A stretch of 64,000 bases of DNA from Pseudobdellovibrionaceae bacterium (GCA_019637915.1 JAHBUV010000001.1:898565-962564), one strand, 5' to 3'; shown: positions 1 through 10,024, counted from the first letter of the stretch. A program made the numbers and translations. The notes: a model not told the origin generated them from the letters alone.

Positions 1-1
1 C

Positions 2-1249
2 GCGGAGGCGGTCAGCGCGATCCGCTCGGGACAAAAAGTTTTCGTTCACGGCGCCGCGGCCACCCCGAACCTCCTGATCGAAGCCCTGGTCGCCCGCGCC
101 ACCGACTTGCGCGACGTGGAATTGATCCACCTGCACACGGAAGGTCCGGCGCCCTACGCGAACGCGGACCTGAAATCGAGTTTTCGCGTCCTGAACCTTT
201 TCGTCGGGGCGAACATGCGCCGTCGGCTCGATTACGAAACGAACGATTACCTTCCCTGCTTCCTGTCGGAGATCCCCGCCCTGTTCCGCAAGGGCCGGCA
301 AAAAATCGACGTCGCCCTGCTGCACCTTTCGCCGCCGGATGAAAACGGCTTCTGCTCCCTGGGGGTCAGCGTGGACGTCGCCCGCGCCGCGGTCGATTCC
401 GCGGAGGTTCTCGTCGCGCAGATCAACTCCCGCATGCCGCGCGTTCACGGGGAAGGGGCCGTGCACATCGATGATCTGGACGCCTTCATCGAAGTGGATG
501 AAGCCCTGCCCGAACTCACGCCCGCGCCCATCACTCCCCTGGAGGCCGCGATCGGCCGCCATGCGGCCTCGCTCATCGACGACGGCGCCTGCCTGCAAGT
601 GGGGATCGGCTCCATTCCCAACGCCGTCCTCGATGCCCTGAAGAACCACCGTCATCTGGGCGTGCACTCCGAAATGTGGTCCGACGGGATCCTCGAGCTC
701 ATTCGGTGCGGCGCCATCGACAACTCCCGCAAGGCCTTCCGGCGCGGCCAATGCGTTTCGGGATTCCTCATGGGAACACGTCAGGTCTATGATTTCGTCC
801 ATGACAATCCAGGAGTCGTCCAGCTCGGCGCCGACATCGTCAACAATCCCCAGATCATCGCCACCAACCCGCGGGCGACGGCCATCAATTCGGCGGTCGA
901 AGTGGATTTGACGGGACAGGTCTGCGCCGACTCCATCGGCCACCGCGTGATCTCGGGCGTGGGAGGGCAGATGGACTTCATCCGCGGCGCCTCCCTGTCG
1001 GAGGGCGGCAAACCCATCATCGCCCTGCCCAGTCGGACCAAACACGGAAAGCCGAGGATCGTCGCCGAACTGCAGCCCGGGGCCGGCGTCGTGACGACCA
1101 GGGCCCACACCCACTACGTCGTGACCGAATACGGCGTCGCGGATCTCTACGGCCGCTCGCTCCACGAACGCTGCCGCGCCCTGATTGACATCGCCCACCC
1201 GGAAGACCGCGAGGATCTGCGGCGCCAATGGCGCGCCAGCCACGCTTGA
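2..1249 (+). CDS. acetyl-CoA hydrolase/transferase family protein (4-hydroxybutyrate CoA-transferase-like), 5' end outside window
   Basis: The frame is open from nt 2 (AEAVSAIRSGQKVFVHGAAATPNLLIEALV...), upstream of the listed ATG at 107. The N-terminal 'VHGAAATP' and the overall 'ELIHLHTEG...VGIGSIPNAVL...GGQMDF' pattern are typical of the family. Confidence 0.85.
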   Translation, partial: AEAVSAIRSGQKVFVHGAAATPNLLIEALVARATDLRDVELIHLHTEGPAPYANADLKSSFRVLNLFVGANMRRRLDYETNDYLPCFLSEIPALFRKGRQKIDVALLHLSPPDENGFCSLGVSVDVARAAVDSAEVLVAQINSRMPRVHGEGAVHIDDLDAFIEVDEALPELTPAPITPLEAAIGRHAASLIDDGACLQVGIGSIPNAVLDALKNHRHLGVHSEMWSDGILELIRCGAIDNSRKAFRRGQCVSGFLMGTRQVYDFVHDNPGVVQLGADIVNNPQIIATNPRATAINSAVEVDLTGQVCADSIGHRVISGVGGQMDFIRGASLSEGGKPIIALPSRTKHGKPRIVAELQPGAGVVTTRAHTHYVVTEYGVADLYGRSLHERCRALIDIAHPEDREDLRRQWRASHA

Positions 1250-1362
1250 AAAGAGGCCTGCGCCGGCGCGTCCATGCCGGCGGGGAAAAGACACTGCGTC
1301 GAAGTCGAGCGACTCACATCGCAGGACTTCGACCTCGGAGTGAGATCAGGACGCCGGAACCT

Positions 1363-1923
1363 TTAAAACACGTACCCGAAGGTCAAACCGATGGGGGCCG
1401 CCTTCAGGGAACCGTAGACATCCGAAACGCTCGCTTCGGTTTCCCCGGCCTTCACTTTCGAGAACATGTGCCAAACCAATTCCAGATTGATGGTGACTTT
1501 GGGGGTGAGGAACCGGCCCACCCCAATCTTGACCGCGCTTCCCGAATAAGAAGCTTCGGTCGAGGCGCTGTCTTTTTGCTTGATCACGGATGACGGCATG
1601 TACCCGCCATAGAAACGAAAGGTCTTTTGATCGTACCCGTACAGCAGGCCGATGTTGGTGTCGCTCATGTCATAGCTCGAGCTGCCGGCCTTGCCGGTAC
1701 CGGAAATCTGCCCCGCGTCCAACGCCAACCAAGATTCCCCCCAACGATAGCCCAAGCGAACCCCGATGTTCAGGCCAGAGTACTCCGTCGGCGTCAGGGT
1801 CTCACCCGTTTTCGTCGTCCCACCCAATGATCCCGAGCCAAACCCGATGGACGGCTCGAACATCAAGCCGGCGAAGGCGGATTGCGCGAGAAGAAGCGTG
1901 AAAATCATCGACATGAAACGCAT
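1363..1923 (-). CDS. small outer-membrane beta-barrel protein (OmpW/OmpA-barrel-like)
   Basis: The signal peptide MRFMSMIFTLLLAQSAFA begins at an internal ATG. The sequence alternates in a beta-strand-like G/Y/S-rich pattern and ends with an aromatic residue (...LTFGYVF), typical of BAM substrates. Confidence 0.6.
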   Translation of the reverse strand: MRFMSMIFTLLLAQSAFAGLMFEPSIGFGSGSLGGTTKTGETLTPTEYSGLNIGVRLGYRWGESWLALDAGQISGTGKAGSSSYDMSDTNIGLLYGYDQKTFRFYGGYMPSSVIKQKDSASTEASYSGSAVKIGVGRFLTPKVTINLELVWHMFSKVKAGETEASVSDVYGSLKAAPIGLTFGYVF

Positions 1924-2054
1924 GGGGGTCCCTTTCCGTTGGAATTTTGCTGATCCCTCAACTCTACACGGGCGGCGCAAGCCCGCAACTCACAAATGAA
2001 GGATGGCAATCCCCCTTTCTTTTTCCATCAGGGGAAAACGCGGAGGGGCCCGCC

Positions 2055-3065
2055 CTACTTCGCCTTGAACACCTTGATCAGGTAAAACAAGCTCGGGAAG
2101 ATCAGCAGGCTGCCGATCAGCAGGGCCAGGTTCAGTTGAATCAGCGTGGCCGCGGGAGCCGCGGCTTCCTGAAAGCTCATCGGGCCGTCGGTGGTCTCGA
2201 GGACGTTCGGCGCCTGCACCACGAACCAACCGAAGAGGATCAGGCCGGCCTGGGAGGCCGCCACCAACCGCGTGAGCCAGCTGTGGCGCGTTTCGATGCG
2301 GAACCACAGCAGGCCGAACAGCAGGATGGCGCCCACCATGCAGGCGAGGCTCACGGGGTCGGAGACGAAATCCCGCGCGAGATCGTCGCCATCCCGTCGG
2401 GCGGCCATGAAAACGCCCGTGCCGACGAAAAGGACCAGCACGTTGAAAACGGAGGCCCGGCGCGCGAAGAGACGTTTCAGCTCGAGGTCCTTCGTCTCGC
2501 CGATCAGGTAAGCGCTCGCCAGGAAAGCGAAAATGCACGTGACGAACACACCCACCGTGAAGGGATACAAGCCCCACCAAGGGGCCACGTACGCCTCGTG
2601 GAAATCCACGGATTTGGTGTTGATGCGCTCGCGGAAAAGGCTCGCCGCGATGATCCCCAGCCACATCGAGGTCCACAGACTCGAAAGGCCGAAGGTCCAG
2701 GTGTAGAAGCGCTGGCTGCGCGGCTCCTGGATGGCGTCGTAATGACGGAAGGTGAACACGCAGCCGCGCACGACGATCCCCACCAGCAGGGCCACCATGG
2801 GCAGGTGCAAGGACACCATCATCGTGTTGAAAGCCAGCGGGAAACCCATGAAGAGGATCACCACCACGATGATCAGCCACATGTGGTTCGCCTCCCACAC
2901 CGGGCCCATGGCCATGTTCACGATTTTTTTCTGCTTGTCCGCCAGGCCGCCGCTGGGCAGGAGCTCGAGGATCCCCGCCCCGTAATCGGCCCCGCCGAGA
3001 ACGATGTACAGCACCAGCGAGGCACCGATGAAAAACACCAGAATCGCGACCAGCCACTCAAACAC
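2055..3065 (-). CDS. cydB: cytochrome bd-type quinol oxidase subunit II
   Basis: The N-terminus ...LYIVLGGADYGAGILELL is the CydB signature. The protein is polytopic membrane-spanning, and its start overlaps the cydA stop by 8 nt. Confidence 0.9.
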   Translation of the reverse strand: MFEWLVAILVFFIGASLVLYIVLGGADYGAGILELLPSGGLADKQKKIVNMAMGPVWEANHMWLIIVVVILFMGFPLAFNTMMVSLHLPMVALLVGIVVRGCVFTFRHYDAIQEPRSQRFYTWTFGLSSLWTSMWLGIIAASLFRERINTKSVDFHEAYVAPWWGLYPFTVGVFVTCIFAFLASAYLIGETKDLELKRLFARRASVFNVLVLFVGTGVFMAARRDGDDLARDFVSDPVSLACMVGAILLFGLLWFRIETRHSWLTRLVAASQAGLILFGWFVVQAPNVLETTDGPMSFQEAAAPAATLIQLNLALLIGSLLIFPSLFYLIKVFKAK

Positions 3066-4368
3066 GTTCGTCCCCCATGTTGCGGTGGGCGGCGTCCACC
3101 TGACGCTTCATCAACCAGATCGTCATCAATCCGAAAAGGGCGTAAAGGAACATGAACAGCAGAAAGTGGTACTGCATGCCCGGCACCGGGGTCAGCGCGT
3201 CCTTGGTTTTCAGGAAGCCGTAGATGATCCACGGCTGACGGCCCACCTCCGTCACGACCCAACCGGCCTCGATGGCGATGAACCCCAGAGGCGAAAGCGG
3301 CACCAGCATCTTCAGGAACGACCGGGGAAAGAAATTCTTTTTCAGGAAGTGAAGGTAAAGCAAACTCACCACGGCCAGAAGGCTGCCGATCCCCACCATG
3401 ATCTGAAAAGCGACGTGGGTGATCAGCACCGGCGGCCATTCATCGCGGGGGAACCGGTCGAGGCCCTTCACCTCCGCCTTGAAATCGTCAAAGGCCAGAA
3501 AACTCAGCATCCCCGGCAAGGGAATGCCGAAGTTCATCTCCATTTTTTCCTCGTCCGGCAGGCCGCCCAGATAGAGGGGCGCGTGGGTGCTGGTATGAAA
3601 ATGACCTTCCATGGCGGCGAGTTTCGCCGGCTGCAGCACCGCCACCCGTTGCGCGGCGAAGTGCCCGATCAGCGGTTGGATCAAAGAGGCCGTCGCCGCG
3701 AAAGCCATGGCGATTTTCAAGGCGCTCAAGTTCAGCCGGCGCGATCGCCCCTTCAGCAGCAGCAACGCGTGAATGCCCGCCACCGCGAAGCCCACCGCCT
3801 GCAAGGCCGCCGTTTGCATGTGCAAAGTCTGGTGCAGCCAGGCCGGATTGAACATGGCCTTGACGGGATCGATATTCAGGGCCTCGCCGTTCACCCAATC
3901 AAAGCCCTGCGGGGCGTTCATCCAGCCGTTGGCGGCCACCACGAAAATTCCCGAGGCGAACCCCGACACACCCACCACGAGCCCCGTGGCCCAATGTGCC
4001 CAGCGATTCATCTTGTTCCAACCGTAAAGGAACAAACCGATGGCCACGGCCTCCAGGAAAAAGGCCGTGCCCTCCCAGGAGAAAGGCATGCCGATGATGG
4101 GGCCGGCGTACTTCATGAAGCCCGGCCACAGCAGGCCCAGTTCAAACGACAGAACGGTGCCGGACACCGCGCCCACCGCGAAGAGGATCGCCACGCCCTT
4201 CATCCACATGCGGGTCAATTCAAGGTATTCTTTTTTTCCGGTCCTCAGGAAAAAGAAATGGGCCGCGCACATCATGAAAGGCATGGTCATGCCGATCGAC
4301 GCGAAGATGATGTGAAAGCCCAGCGAAAAAGCCATCGTCAGTCGTGCGGCGAGCAACTCCGTCATCAT
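3058..4368 (-). CDS. cydA: cytochrome bd-type quinol oxidase subunit I (short form)
   Basis: MMTELLAARLTMAFSLGFHIIFASIGMTMPF... matches the CydA N-terminus. I chose the start at the MM codons, which have an upstream GGGAAG. The ORF could extend to 4404. Confidence 0.88.
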   Translation of the reverse strand: MMTELLAARLTMAFSLGFHIIFASIGMTMPFMMCAAHFFFLRTGKKEYLELTRMWMKGVAILFAVGAVSGTVLSFELGLLWPGFMKYAGPIIGMPFSWEGTAFFLEAVAIGLFLYGWNKMNRWAHWATGLVVGVSGFASGIFVVAANGWMNAPQGFDWVNGEALNIDPVKAMFNPAWLHQTLHMQTAALQAVGFAVAGIHALLLLKGRSRRLNLSALKIAMAFAATASLIQPLIGHFAAQRVAVLQPAKLAAMEGHFHTSTHAPLYLGGLPDEEKMEMNFGIPLPGMLSFLAFDDFKAEVKGLDRFPRDEWPPVLITHVAFQIMVGIGSLLAVVSLLYLHFLKKNFFPRSFLKMLVPLSPLGFIAIEAGWVVTEVGRQPWIIYGFLKTKDALTPVPGMQYHFLLFMFLYALFGLMTIWLMKRQVDAAHRNMGDERV

Positions 4369-4411
4369 GAGCGCAGTCTTCCCACCCGAACGGGGCTTTG
4401 GCAATCCCCGA

Positions 4412-4465
4412 GGTCACAGCCTCTTTTTTGTAGCGCTTTGCACGACAAAAAAGGGAACCGTGACC
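4412..4465. repeat. degenerate copy of the ~55-bp palindromic (REP-like) element
   Basis: ggtcacagcctcttttttgtagcgctttgcacgacaaaaaagggaaccgtgacc shares the right arm 'gcacgacaaaaaagggaac-gtgacc' with the other copies. The left arm is eroded. Confidence 0.5.
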
Positions 4466-4499
4466 TTGAGCTCGGTTCCATTTTGGGCCATTGATGCGC

Positions 4500-5405
4500 T
4501 CAAAGATGCGCCAGATCTCTCGCGCTGAGTTCCGCGAGCTGTTGGAAACGCTCGTGGAAACCCGGACGGTTCAAAAAGACCTCGGAAAAATCGAACGCCA
4601 GATTCTGCCGGACATCGCCCTTGATCGACAGCAGGCGCATGTAAAGGCGCGAAGTCTTCAGGCGGAAAGTCTCGTTCAATTCATAAGCGTCCTGGAAAAG
4701 CGCCTCGCCCCAGCGCCGGTCGTCGCGGCTAAGCTCGGCCTTTTGCAGGGCAAACCGCAAGAGCCCTTCGAGCTCGGGCCGCGGCAGATTCCCGACCAGG
4801 AAGTTCGAGTACAGATACGACAGCCACAGCAGACGGAACAGGCCCACGGCGCCCCAGGCCCGCAGGGCTTTCCGGCGCGCGGCGATGCGCCCGGCATCGG
4901 CGTAGATGTAGGAATTCTGCTCGAAGAAAAATCGGTGGAGGTCGCCGTCGATCCAGCCGATCGCCATGGACTCCGTGGCGTTCGCGTAACTCTCGCAGAG
5001 AAGCGCGAGCAGGATTTTCTCCCGCTTGTTGCGGGGCTTGACCGTCCGGAAGAGCCGATCCGAAATGCCGTGGGCGGACTCGTGGAAGTGGGCGCTCACG
5101 AGATTGACCGGCACGTCCTCCATCTCGTCATTGAGACGGTGATCACGGACCAGGCGGCGCAAGGTCGGCACGCTGTCGTTGTAGGGAAGCCTTTTCTTTT
5201 TCAGGATCCCCTGCAGCTCGAACAAAGGCGCCCGCTGATAGGACTCCCAGGCCGGCACGAAACGAAAGCCCAGCTCACGGGCCAGCTCCCGCGTCCGGCG
5301 GTACATGGGGTTTTTCCGGAGCAGATAAGCGTCCCCCAGCACGTTCTTGAGAGCCTGGGGAGCGGACTGGGCATCGTGCTGGCGGAGGACGCTTTGCAGC
5401 TTCAT
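4500..5405 (-). CDS. hypothetical protein with HExxH motif (putative zinc metallopeptidase-like)
   Basis: The ORF has a coding-like GC3 bias and contains 'AHFHESAHGI' (H-E-x-x-H). I recognised no signal peptide. I placed the start at MKLQSVL so that the gene does not run into the palindromic element. Confidence 0.55.
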   Translation of the reverse strand: MKLQSVLRQHDAQSAPQALKNVLGDAYLLRKNPMYRRTRELARELGFRFVPAWESYQRAPLFELQGILKKKRLPYNDSVPTLRRLVRDHRLNDEMEDVPVNLVSAHFHESAHGISDRLFRTVKPRNKREKILLALLCESYANATESMAIGWIDGDLHRFFFEQNSYIYADAGRIAARRKALRAWGAVGLFRLLWLSYLYSNFLVGNLPRPELEGLLRFALQKAELSRDDRRWGEALFQDAYELNETFRLKTSRLYMRLLSIKGDVRQNLAFDFSEVFLNRPGFHERFQQLAELSARDLAHL

Positions 5406-5414
5406 CCTGGAGGA

Positions 5415-5467
5415 GGTAACAGTTCCCTTTTTGGAATGCAACGCATGACAAAAAGGGAACTGTTACC
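5415..5467. repeat. ~55-bp palindromic REP-like element, copy A
   Basis: The sequence is ggtaacagttccctttttg...gacaaaaagggaactgttacc. The arms are perfectly complementary and the centre is diverged. The right arm contains the TAA stop (minus strand) of the aldo/keto reductase. Confidence 0.8.
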
Positions 5468-6413
5468 CCGCGCTGGCCTTGTTCAATTTTTCCAGGTGGC
5501 CGGTGTCCAGCCGGATCTCCACGGCCTTCACGATGTCCCGCAGCTGGTCGACGTTGGTGGCGCTGACGATGGGCGCGGTGACTGACGGGCGGTGCAGGAG
5601 CCAGGCCAGGGCCACTTGCGCCGGCGTGCCGCGCACCTCCTCGGAGACCTCGTCCAGGGCGCGCAGGATCCGGGTGCCGCGCTCGTTCAGGTAACGGTTG
5701 CGCACGCCCTCGCCGCGGGGGCTTTTGGCGGCATCGGCGGTGCCGCGGTATTTGCCGGTCAGGAAACCGCTCGCCAAAGAGGAGTACGTGATCACCGACA
5801 GGTCGTTCTTCACGCAAACCGCTTCCTGGTCTTTTTCAAAACCCTCGCGGTCGTACAGATTGTACTGAGGCTGGAACGTGCGGTAACCGCTGAAGCCGGC
5901 CTTCTCCGCCGTCTCCAACGCTTTTTGCAGGCGCGCGCCCTTGTAATTGGAGGCGCCGATCACCCGGGCCTTGCCGGCCTTCTGGATTTTCTCGAACGCC
6001 GCGAGCGACTCCTCGAGCGACGTGCTTTCATCGTCCGCGTGCGCCTGGTAGAGGTCCACGTAATTCGTCTGCAGGCGTTTCAAGGAAGCCTCCATCGCCA
6101 TGGCGATGCGGTCCTTCGACAATCCCTTGCCGTCGGGCATCTCCATGCCGACCTTGGTGGCGATGACGATGCGGTCGCGGTTCTTGCGCGAGGCCATCCA
6201 GCGGCCGATGATGGCTTCGCTCTCCCCGCCCTGGTTGCCCGGAGCCCAGCGGGAGTAGACGTCCGCCGTGTCGATGCAGTTGAAGCCGGCGTCCACGAAG
6301 GCGTCCAGCACCTCGAAGGATTTTTTTTCATCGATGGTCCAACCGAACACGTTGCCGCCGAAGACGATGGGCGCGATCTGAATGTCAGGATTTCCCAATT
6401 TTCTGGTTTTCAT
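5463..6413 (-). CDS. aldo/keto reductase
   Basis: MKTRKLGN...IAPIVFGGNVFGWT...GFNCIDTADVYS is a classic AKR N-terminus. There is a strong SD (GAAGGAGAAGGA) upstream. Confidence 0.9.
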   Translation of the reverse strand: MKTRKLGNPDIQIAPIVFGGNVFGWTIDEKKSFEVLDAFVDAGFNCIDTADVYSRWAPGNQGGESEAIIGRWMASRKNRDRIVIATKVGMEMPDGKGLSKDRIAMAMEASLKRLQTNYVDLYQAHADDESTSLEESLAAFEKIQKAGKARVIGASNYKGARLQKALETAEKAGFSGYRTFQPQYNLYDREGFEKDQEAVCVKNDLSVITYSSLASGFLTGKYRGTADAAKSPRGEGVRNRYLNERGTRILRALDEVSEEVRGTPAQVALAWLLHRPSVTAPIVSATNVDQLRDIVKAVEIRLDTGHLEKLNKASAG

Positions 6414-6595
6414 TTTCCTTCTCCTTCGAAAACCGTCCGCAAAACTCCCTCATCCTGCGGCGGCGGGTGGGCTTCGTCTCTTGTTCTCATCTTTTTTGCA
6501 GGAATCTTCAATATCCCGCGTGCCTTGACATGCTCTTCGAGGCTGATACGAATAAGAACGGCCTTCGGCCCCAAAACAACAAGGAGACTTGCATC

Positions 6596-7342
6596 ATGAC
6601 ACGCGCCCTTCTCGCTCTTTTCAGTTTGACGACCCTCTCGGCGGCCCCGGCTCTGGCCAAGGATTGCGCCGCGCTCCCCAACCACGAGGCCCTGAAAAAA
6701 GCCCTCACGCAGGCCCGCGCCGAAGCCAACGGCGGTTTGAACCTCGACATGTGGGGCACGATCGTCGATCGCTCCGGCAAAGTCTGCGCCGTCGCCTACA
6801 CCGGCGGCGATGAAGGCGCGCAGTGGCCCGGCAGCCGCGTGATCTCGGCGCAAAAAGCCAACACGGCGAACTCCTTCAGCCTGAAGGGCCTGGCCCTGTC
6901 GACGGCGAACCTCTACTCGGCCGTGCAGCCGGGCGGCAGCCTCTTCGGCCTGCAGGAAAGCAACCCCGTCAACATCCAGGTCGCTTACAAAGGCGACGCG
7001 AAAAACTACGGCACCACCCGCGATCCGCTGAAAGGCGAACGCATCGGCGGCGTCAACGTCTTCGGCGGCGGCCTGGCTTTGTACAATGAAAAAGGCGAAC
7101 TGCTCGGTGGCCTCGGCGTGAGCGGCGACACCTCCTGCGCGGACCACAACATCGCCTGGCGCGCGCGCCACACCCTGAATCTCGACCACGTCCCGGGTGG
7201 CGTTGCCGCGGACAAGACCGACGCCATCATCTATGACATCGCCGCCAACGGCAAAAGCGCCGGCGGCTTCGGGCACCCGGGCTGCAACGGCAAGGAAGGC
7301 GACATCGCGAAGAACCTGCCGGCCGTCCGCAAGGCCAAATAG
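6596..7342 (+). CDS. secreted GlcG/DUF336-like (HbpS-like) protein
   Basis: The SD AAGGAGA lies 8 nt upstream of the ATG, and the signal peptide is MTRALLALFSLTTLSAAPALA. 'SRVISAQKANTA...FGGGLALY..GELLGGLGVSGDTSCADH' resembles the DUF336 core. Confidence 0.6.
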   Translation: MTRALLALFSLTTLSAAPALAKDCAALPNHEALKKALTQARAEANGGLNLDMWGTIVDRSGKVCAVAYTGGDEGAQWPGSRVISAQKANTANSFSLKGLALSTANLYSAVQPGGSLFGLQESNPVNIQVAYKGDAKNYGTTRDPLKGERIGGVNVFGGGLALYNEKGELLGGLGVSGDTSCADHNIAWRARHTLNLDHVPGGVAADKTDAIIYDIAANGKSAGGFGHPGCNGKEGDIAKNLPAVRKAK

Positions 7343-7395
7343 ATCTCTCGGATCGAACAGGAATCCAGATCGAACAAAGCAAGGAAGAACCGCCC

Positions 7396-7422
7396 AAGGC
7401 CCTCGGAGACGAGGGCCTTTTT
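7396..7422 (+). terminator. Rho-independent terminator
   Basis: The 10-bp stem is aaggccctcg/cgagggcctt, with a 4-nt loop followed by TTTTT. It lies 54 nt after the stop at 7342. Confidence 0.65.
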
Positions 7423-7508
7423 CATCACCCTTGCAACTCGCCTTTTCCCCTCGATCAAAGAAAAGGATTTCCTTATAAAGCGCACTTCGCCCGCGAAGAG
7501 AGGTCCCC

Positions 7509-9161
7509 ATGCGCTTGGATCGCCGACATTTCCTGAGGCTCGGACTGCAGACCGGTCTCGCCTACGTGAGTTTCCATCCCCTGCTCAAAGCCGGGGCGCA
7601 AAGCCGCCTGTTCGGCGCGCCGGCGCTCGACCCCGGTCCCCTGCGGGCCGTGCAAGGCCCCTTCACCAACGCCAACTTCAACGGCGAGGAATACACGCGC
7701 CCGCACCACATCCTGTGGGACACGGAGAAATACATCGCGGCCAAAGGCGGACGCCCCGCCGTCAGCGAGCGGCGCGAGGTCGTGGTCATCGGCGGCGGCG
7801 TCAGCGGCTTGTGCAGCGCTTTTTTCCTGCAGCGGAAAAATCCCCTCGTGCTCGAGCAGGGCCATCACTTCGGCGGGACCTCGCAAGGCGAGGTTTACCA
7901 GAACACGCCTTTTTCCATCGGCGCGGCCTATATGACGGTGCCGGAGGCGGGCTCGACCATTCATCGCCTGCTGCAGGCGACGGGCGCCCTGCCCGCGGCG
8001 CGGATCGAGAAAGAAAGCGAGGCGCGCGTTCTCGTGAAAGGAGCGGGTTTCCGGTCCTTGTGGAACGGCGAAGCGGACGCGAAGAACCAACAGATCATCG
8101 CCCGCGTCGCCGCGGATTTCGCCGGGATCGCGCGGAGCGCTTATCCCAACATTCCCTGGAAGACCGGCGGCTTGAATCGCCGCGCCCTCGAGCAGCTGGA
8201 CGGGTTGACCTTCCTCGAATGGCTGCAGCAGCGCTACGGCGAAAAACTCCCGGCGTCCTTGCTCGAGTACTTCCAGGTCTACGCCTGGTCGTCGTTCGCC
8301 GGCTCGATCGATGAGATTTCCGCCGCCCAGGCCTTGAACTTCCTGACCGCCGAAACGGAAGGGATCATGAGCTTTCCCGGCGGCAACGCTTATGTCGCGC
8401 AAAGCTTGTTCCAGCATCTGCAACGCCATTTGAGCCCGGATTCCTTGCGCGCCAACACCATGGTGCTGGACGTGCGGGCCGACGCCCAAGGCGCGGAGGT
8501 GCTGTTCGAGGACCCTCAGGGTCAGTTGAGAATCGTCCGCGCCAAAGCCTGCGTCGTGGCCTTGCCGAAGAACGTGGCCAGCATGATCGTGCCGCAAATG
8601 ACGAAAGAGCAGCGGCAACTGGCGCAGGACATCTCCTACCGCCCTTACGTCGTCGCCAATTTGCTGCTCGATCGCCGCGTGCCCTCGCCGTGCTTTGACG
8701 CCTTCCACCTGGAGGGACATGTACCCGCGAGCCCCAGCAAATCCCGGCCGCCGCGCCGGCCTTACAGCGACGTGTGCTTCGCGAATTGGTCGACCGGCGA
8801 TCGCGCCCCGCGCTCGGTGCTGACCCTGTACCGGCCCTTGCCTTACGAGGGAGCCCGCAAGAGCCTGTATGACGGACCCGTCTTCGGCCGCCTCCAAAAA
8901 GAAATGGCCGCCACCGCCGGCGAGATCCTGCAGGCCCTGGGCGCGGGCGACGCCCGCGTCGAAGGCCTTCGCCTGACCCGCTGGGGTCACTCCCTGCCCC
9001 TGGCCGCCCCGGGGTTCTTCGCGGCCCGGCAAGACGCCGTGTTCAACACCCCCACCGCCGGGCGGATTTTCTACGCCAACCAGGACAACGCCCTGAACCC
9101 TTCTTTTGAATCCGCCTGCGCCAGCGCCGAAACCGCCGCCGCGCGGATCCTTTCGGGGTAA
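7509..9161 (+). CDS. Tat-exported FAD-dependent amine-oxidase-family oxidoreductase
   Basis: The twin-arginine leader is MRLDRRHFLRLGL. The dinucleotide-binding motif is VVVIGGGVSGLCSAFFL...EQGHHFGG. Confidence 0.8.
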   Translation: MRLDRRHFLRLGLQTGLAYVSFHPLLKAGAQSRLFGAPALDPGPLRAVQGPFTNANFNGEEYTRPHHILWDTEKYIAAKGGRPAVSERREVVVIGGGVSGLCSAFFLQRKNPLVLEQGHHFGGTSQGEVYQNTPFSIGAAYMTVPEAGSTIHRLLQATGALPAARIEKESEARVLVKGAGFRSLWNGEADAKNQQIIARVAADFAGIARSAYPNIPWKTGGLNRRALEQLDGLTFLEWLQQRYGEKLPASLLEYFQVYAWSSFAGSIDEISAAQALNFLTAETEGIMSFPGGNAYVAQSLFQHLQRHLSPDSLRANTMVLDVRADAQGAEVLFEDPQGQLRIVRAKACVVALPKNVASMIVPQMTKEQRQLAQDISYRPYVVANLLLDRRVPSPCFDAFHLEGHVPASPSKSRPPRRPYSDVCFANWSTGDRAPRSVLTLYRPLPYEGARKSLYDGPVFGRLQKEMAATAGEILQALGAGDARVEGLRLTRWGHSLPLAAPGFFAARQDAVFNTPTAGRIFYANQDNALNPSFESACASAETAAARILSG

Positions 9162-9210
9162 CAGTTCCCTTTTTGTCGCGCGGTGCGCGACAAAAAGGGA
9201 ACTGTTACCC
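9156..9210. repeat. ~55-bp palindromic REP-like element, copy B (perfect)
   Basis: The sequence is gggtaacagttccctttttgtcgcgc-ggt-gcgcgacaaaaagggaactgttaccc: 26-nt perfectly complementary arms with a 3-nt centre. The TAA stop of the upstream gene (9159-9161) lies inside the left arm. Confidence 0.9.
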
Positions 9211-9292
9211 TGCCATCCAGAAATCATCATCAAGCGGACTCTGCCGTCCTCGACGTTTTTGATTTAGTTCTAAACGACAAGGAGGGTGGGTC

Positions 9293-10024
9293 ATGAACCT
9301 GCGATTGCTGATCTTCATCTCTGTCTTCTCCTGGGGAGTTTTCGCCCTGGCGCAACCCCAGGAAGACGAGCGCATCAACCGCGATGCCGACAACCCCATC
9401 GCGCCGCCCCCCTCCGTCACCCTCCGGCAAAGCTTCCAGCCCGGAGCCTGGAACCCGGGCCAGGAGGACCGTTCTTTCCTCGCCCTGGTCCCCGCCATCC
9501 CCTACAGCGCCTTCGGACGATTGCACCTGGTGCGCTTCATCGTGCCTTATCACCAACGACCCCAGCGCGGGCTCGGGGACGTGCAGATCCTGAATCTCAC
9601 CGGCCCCCGCACCGATTGGGGCCTCTGGGCCGTGGGACTTTCCGCCAACCTGAAAGCGGCCCGCGGCGGCGACGAAACATTCCAACTCGGCCCCGCCGGA
9701 GGCTTCAACACCCAACAAGGCTCATGGACCCTGGGCTTTTTCATGCAGAACTTCATCGGGGCGCGGGAGTCCTTTTCGATTTTCCAACCCGTCGTCAACT
9801 GGCAGATCGATTCCACCTGGGCCCTGAGCCTGTCCGACGACCTGTTCACTCTCGATTGGACATCGGGACGCTGGGTGTCCACGCCGGCGGGACTGCAGAT
9901 CGCCAAGCTCGTGCGCGTGCGCGAACAGCCCCTGCGCCTGTTCGCTTCCGCTTATTACGAATCCACCCGCCCCGCCTGGGGGGCGGCGGTGGGTTTGACC
10001 TTGATCGTCGCCCCCCATCCTTGA
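9293..10024 (+). CDS. secreted putative outer-membrane barrel/transporter-like protein
   Basis: The SD is AAGGAGGG and the signal peptide is MNLRLLIFISVFSWGVFALA. A 'GLGDVQILNL' motif and an alternating pattern are reminiscent of MetA-pathway-type OM proteins. The family assignment is tentative. Confidence 0.5.
   Translation: MNLRLLIFISVFSWGVFALAQPQEDERINRDADNPIAPPPSVTLRQSFQPGAWNPGQEDRSFLALVPAIPYSAFGRLHLVRFIVPYHQRPQRGLGDVQILNLTGPRTDWGLWAVGLSANLKAARGGDETFQLGPAGGFNTQQGSWTLGFFMQNFIGARESFSIFQPVVNWQIDSTWALSLSDDLFTLDWTSGRWVSTPAGLQIAKLVRVREQPLRLFASAYYESTRPAWGAAVGLTLIVAPHP

Noticed and set aside
1947-4494. Long plus-strand ORFs (1947-3155, 3004-4494) that overlap the cydAB genes.
   Set aside because: They are antisense to genes with unmistakable CydA and CydB signatures. 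Their translations are Arg/Gly/His/Gln-rich low-complexity sequence, typical of spurious open frames in GC-rich DNA.
7473-9233. 586-aa minus-strand ORF opposite the FAD oxidoreductase.
   Set aside because: It has no recognisable motifs and an Arg/Gly/Ala-rich composition. The plus-strand gene has a Tat leader and an FAD-binding motif.
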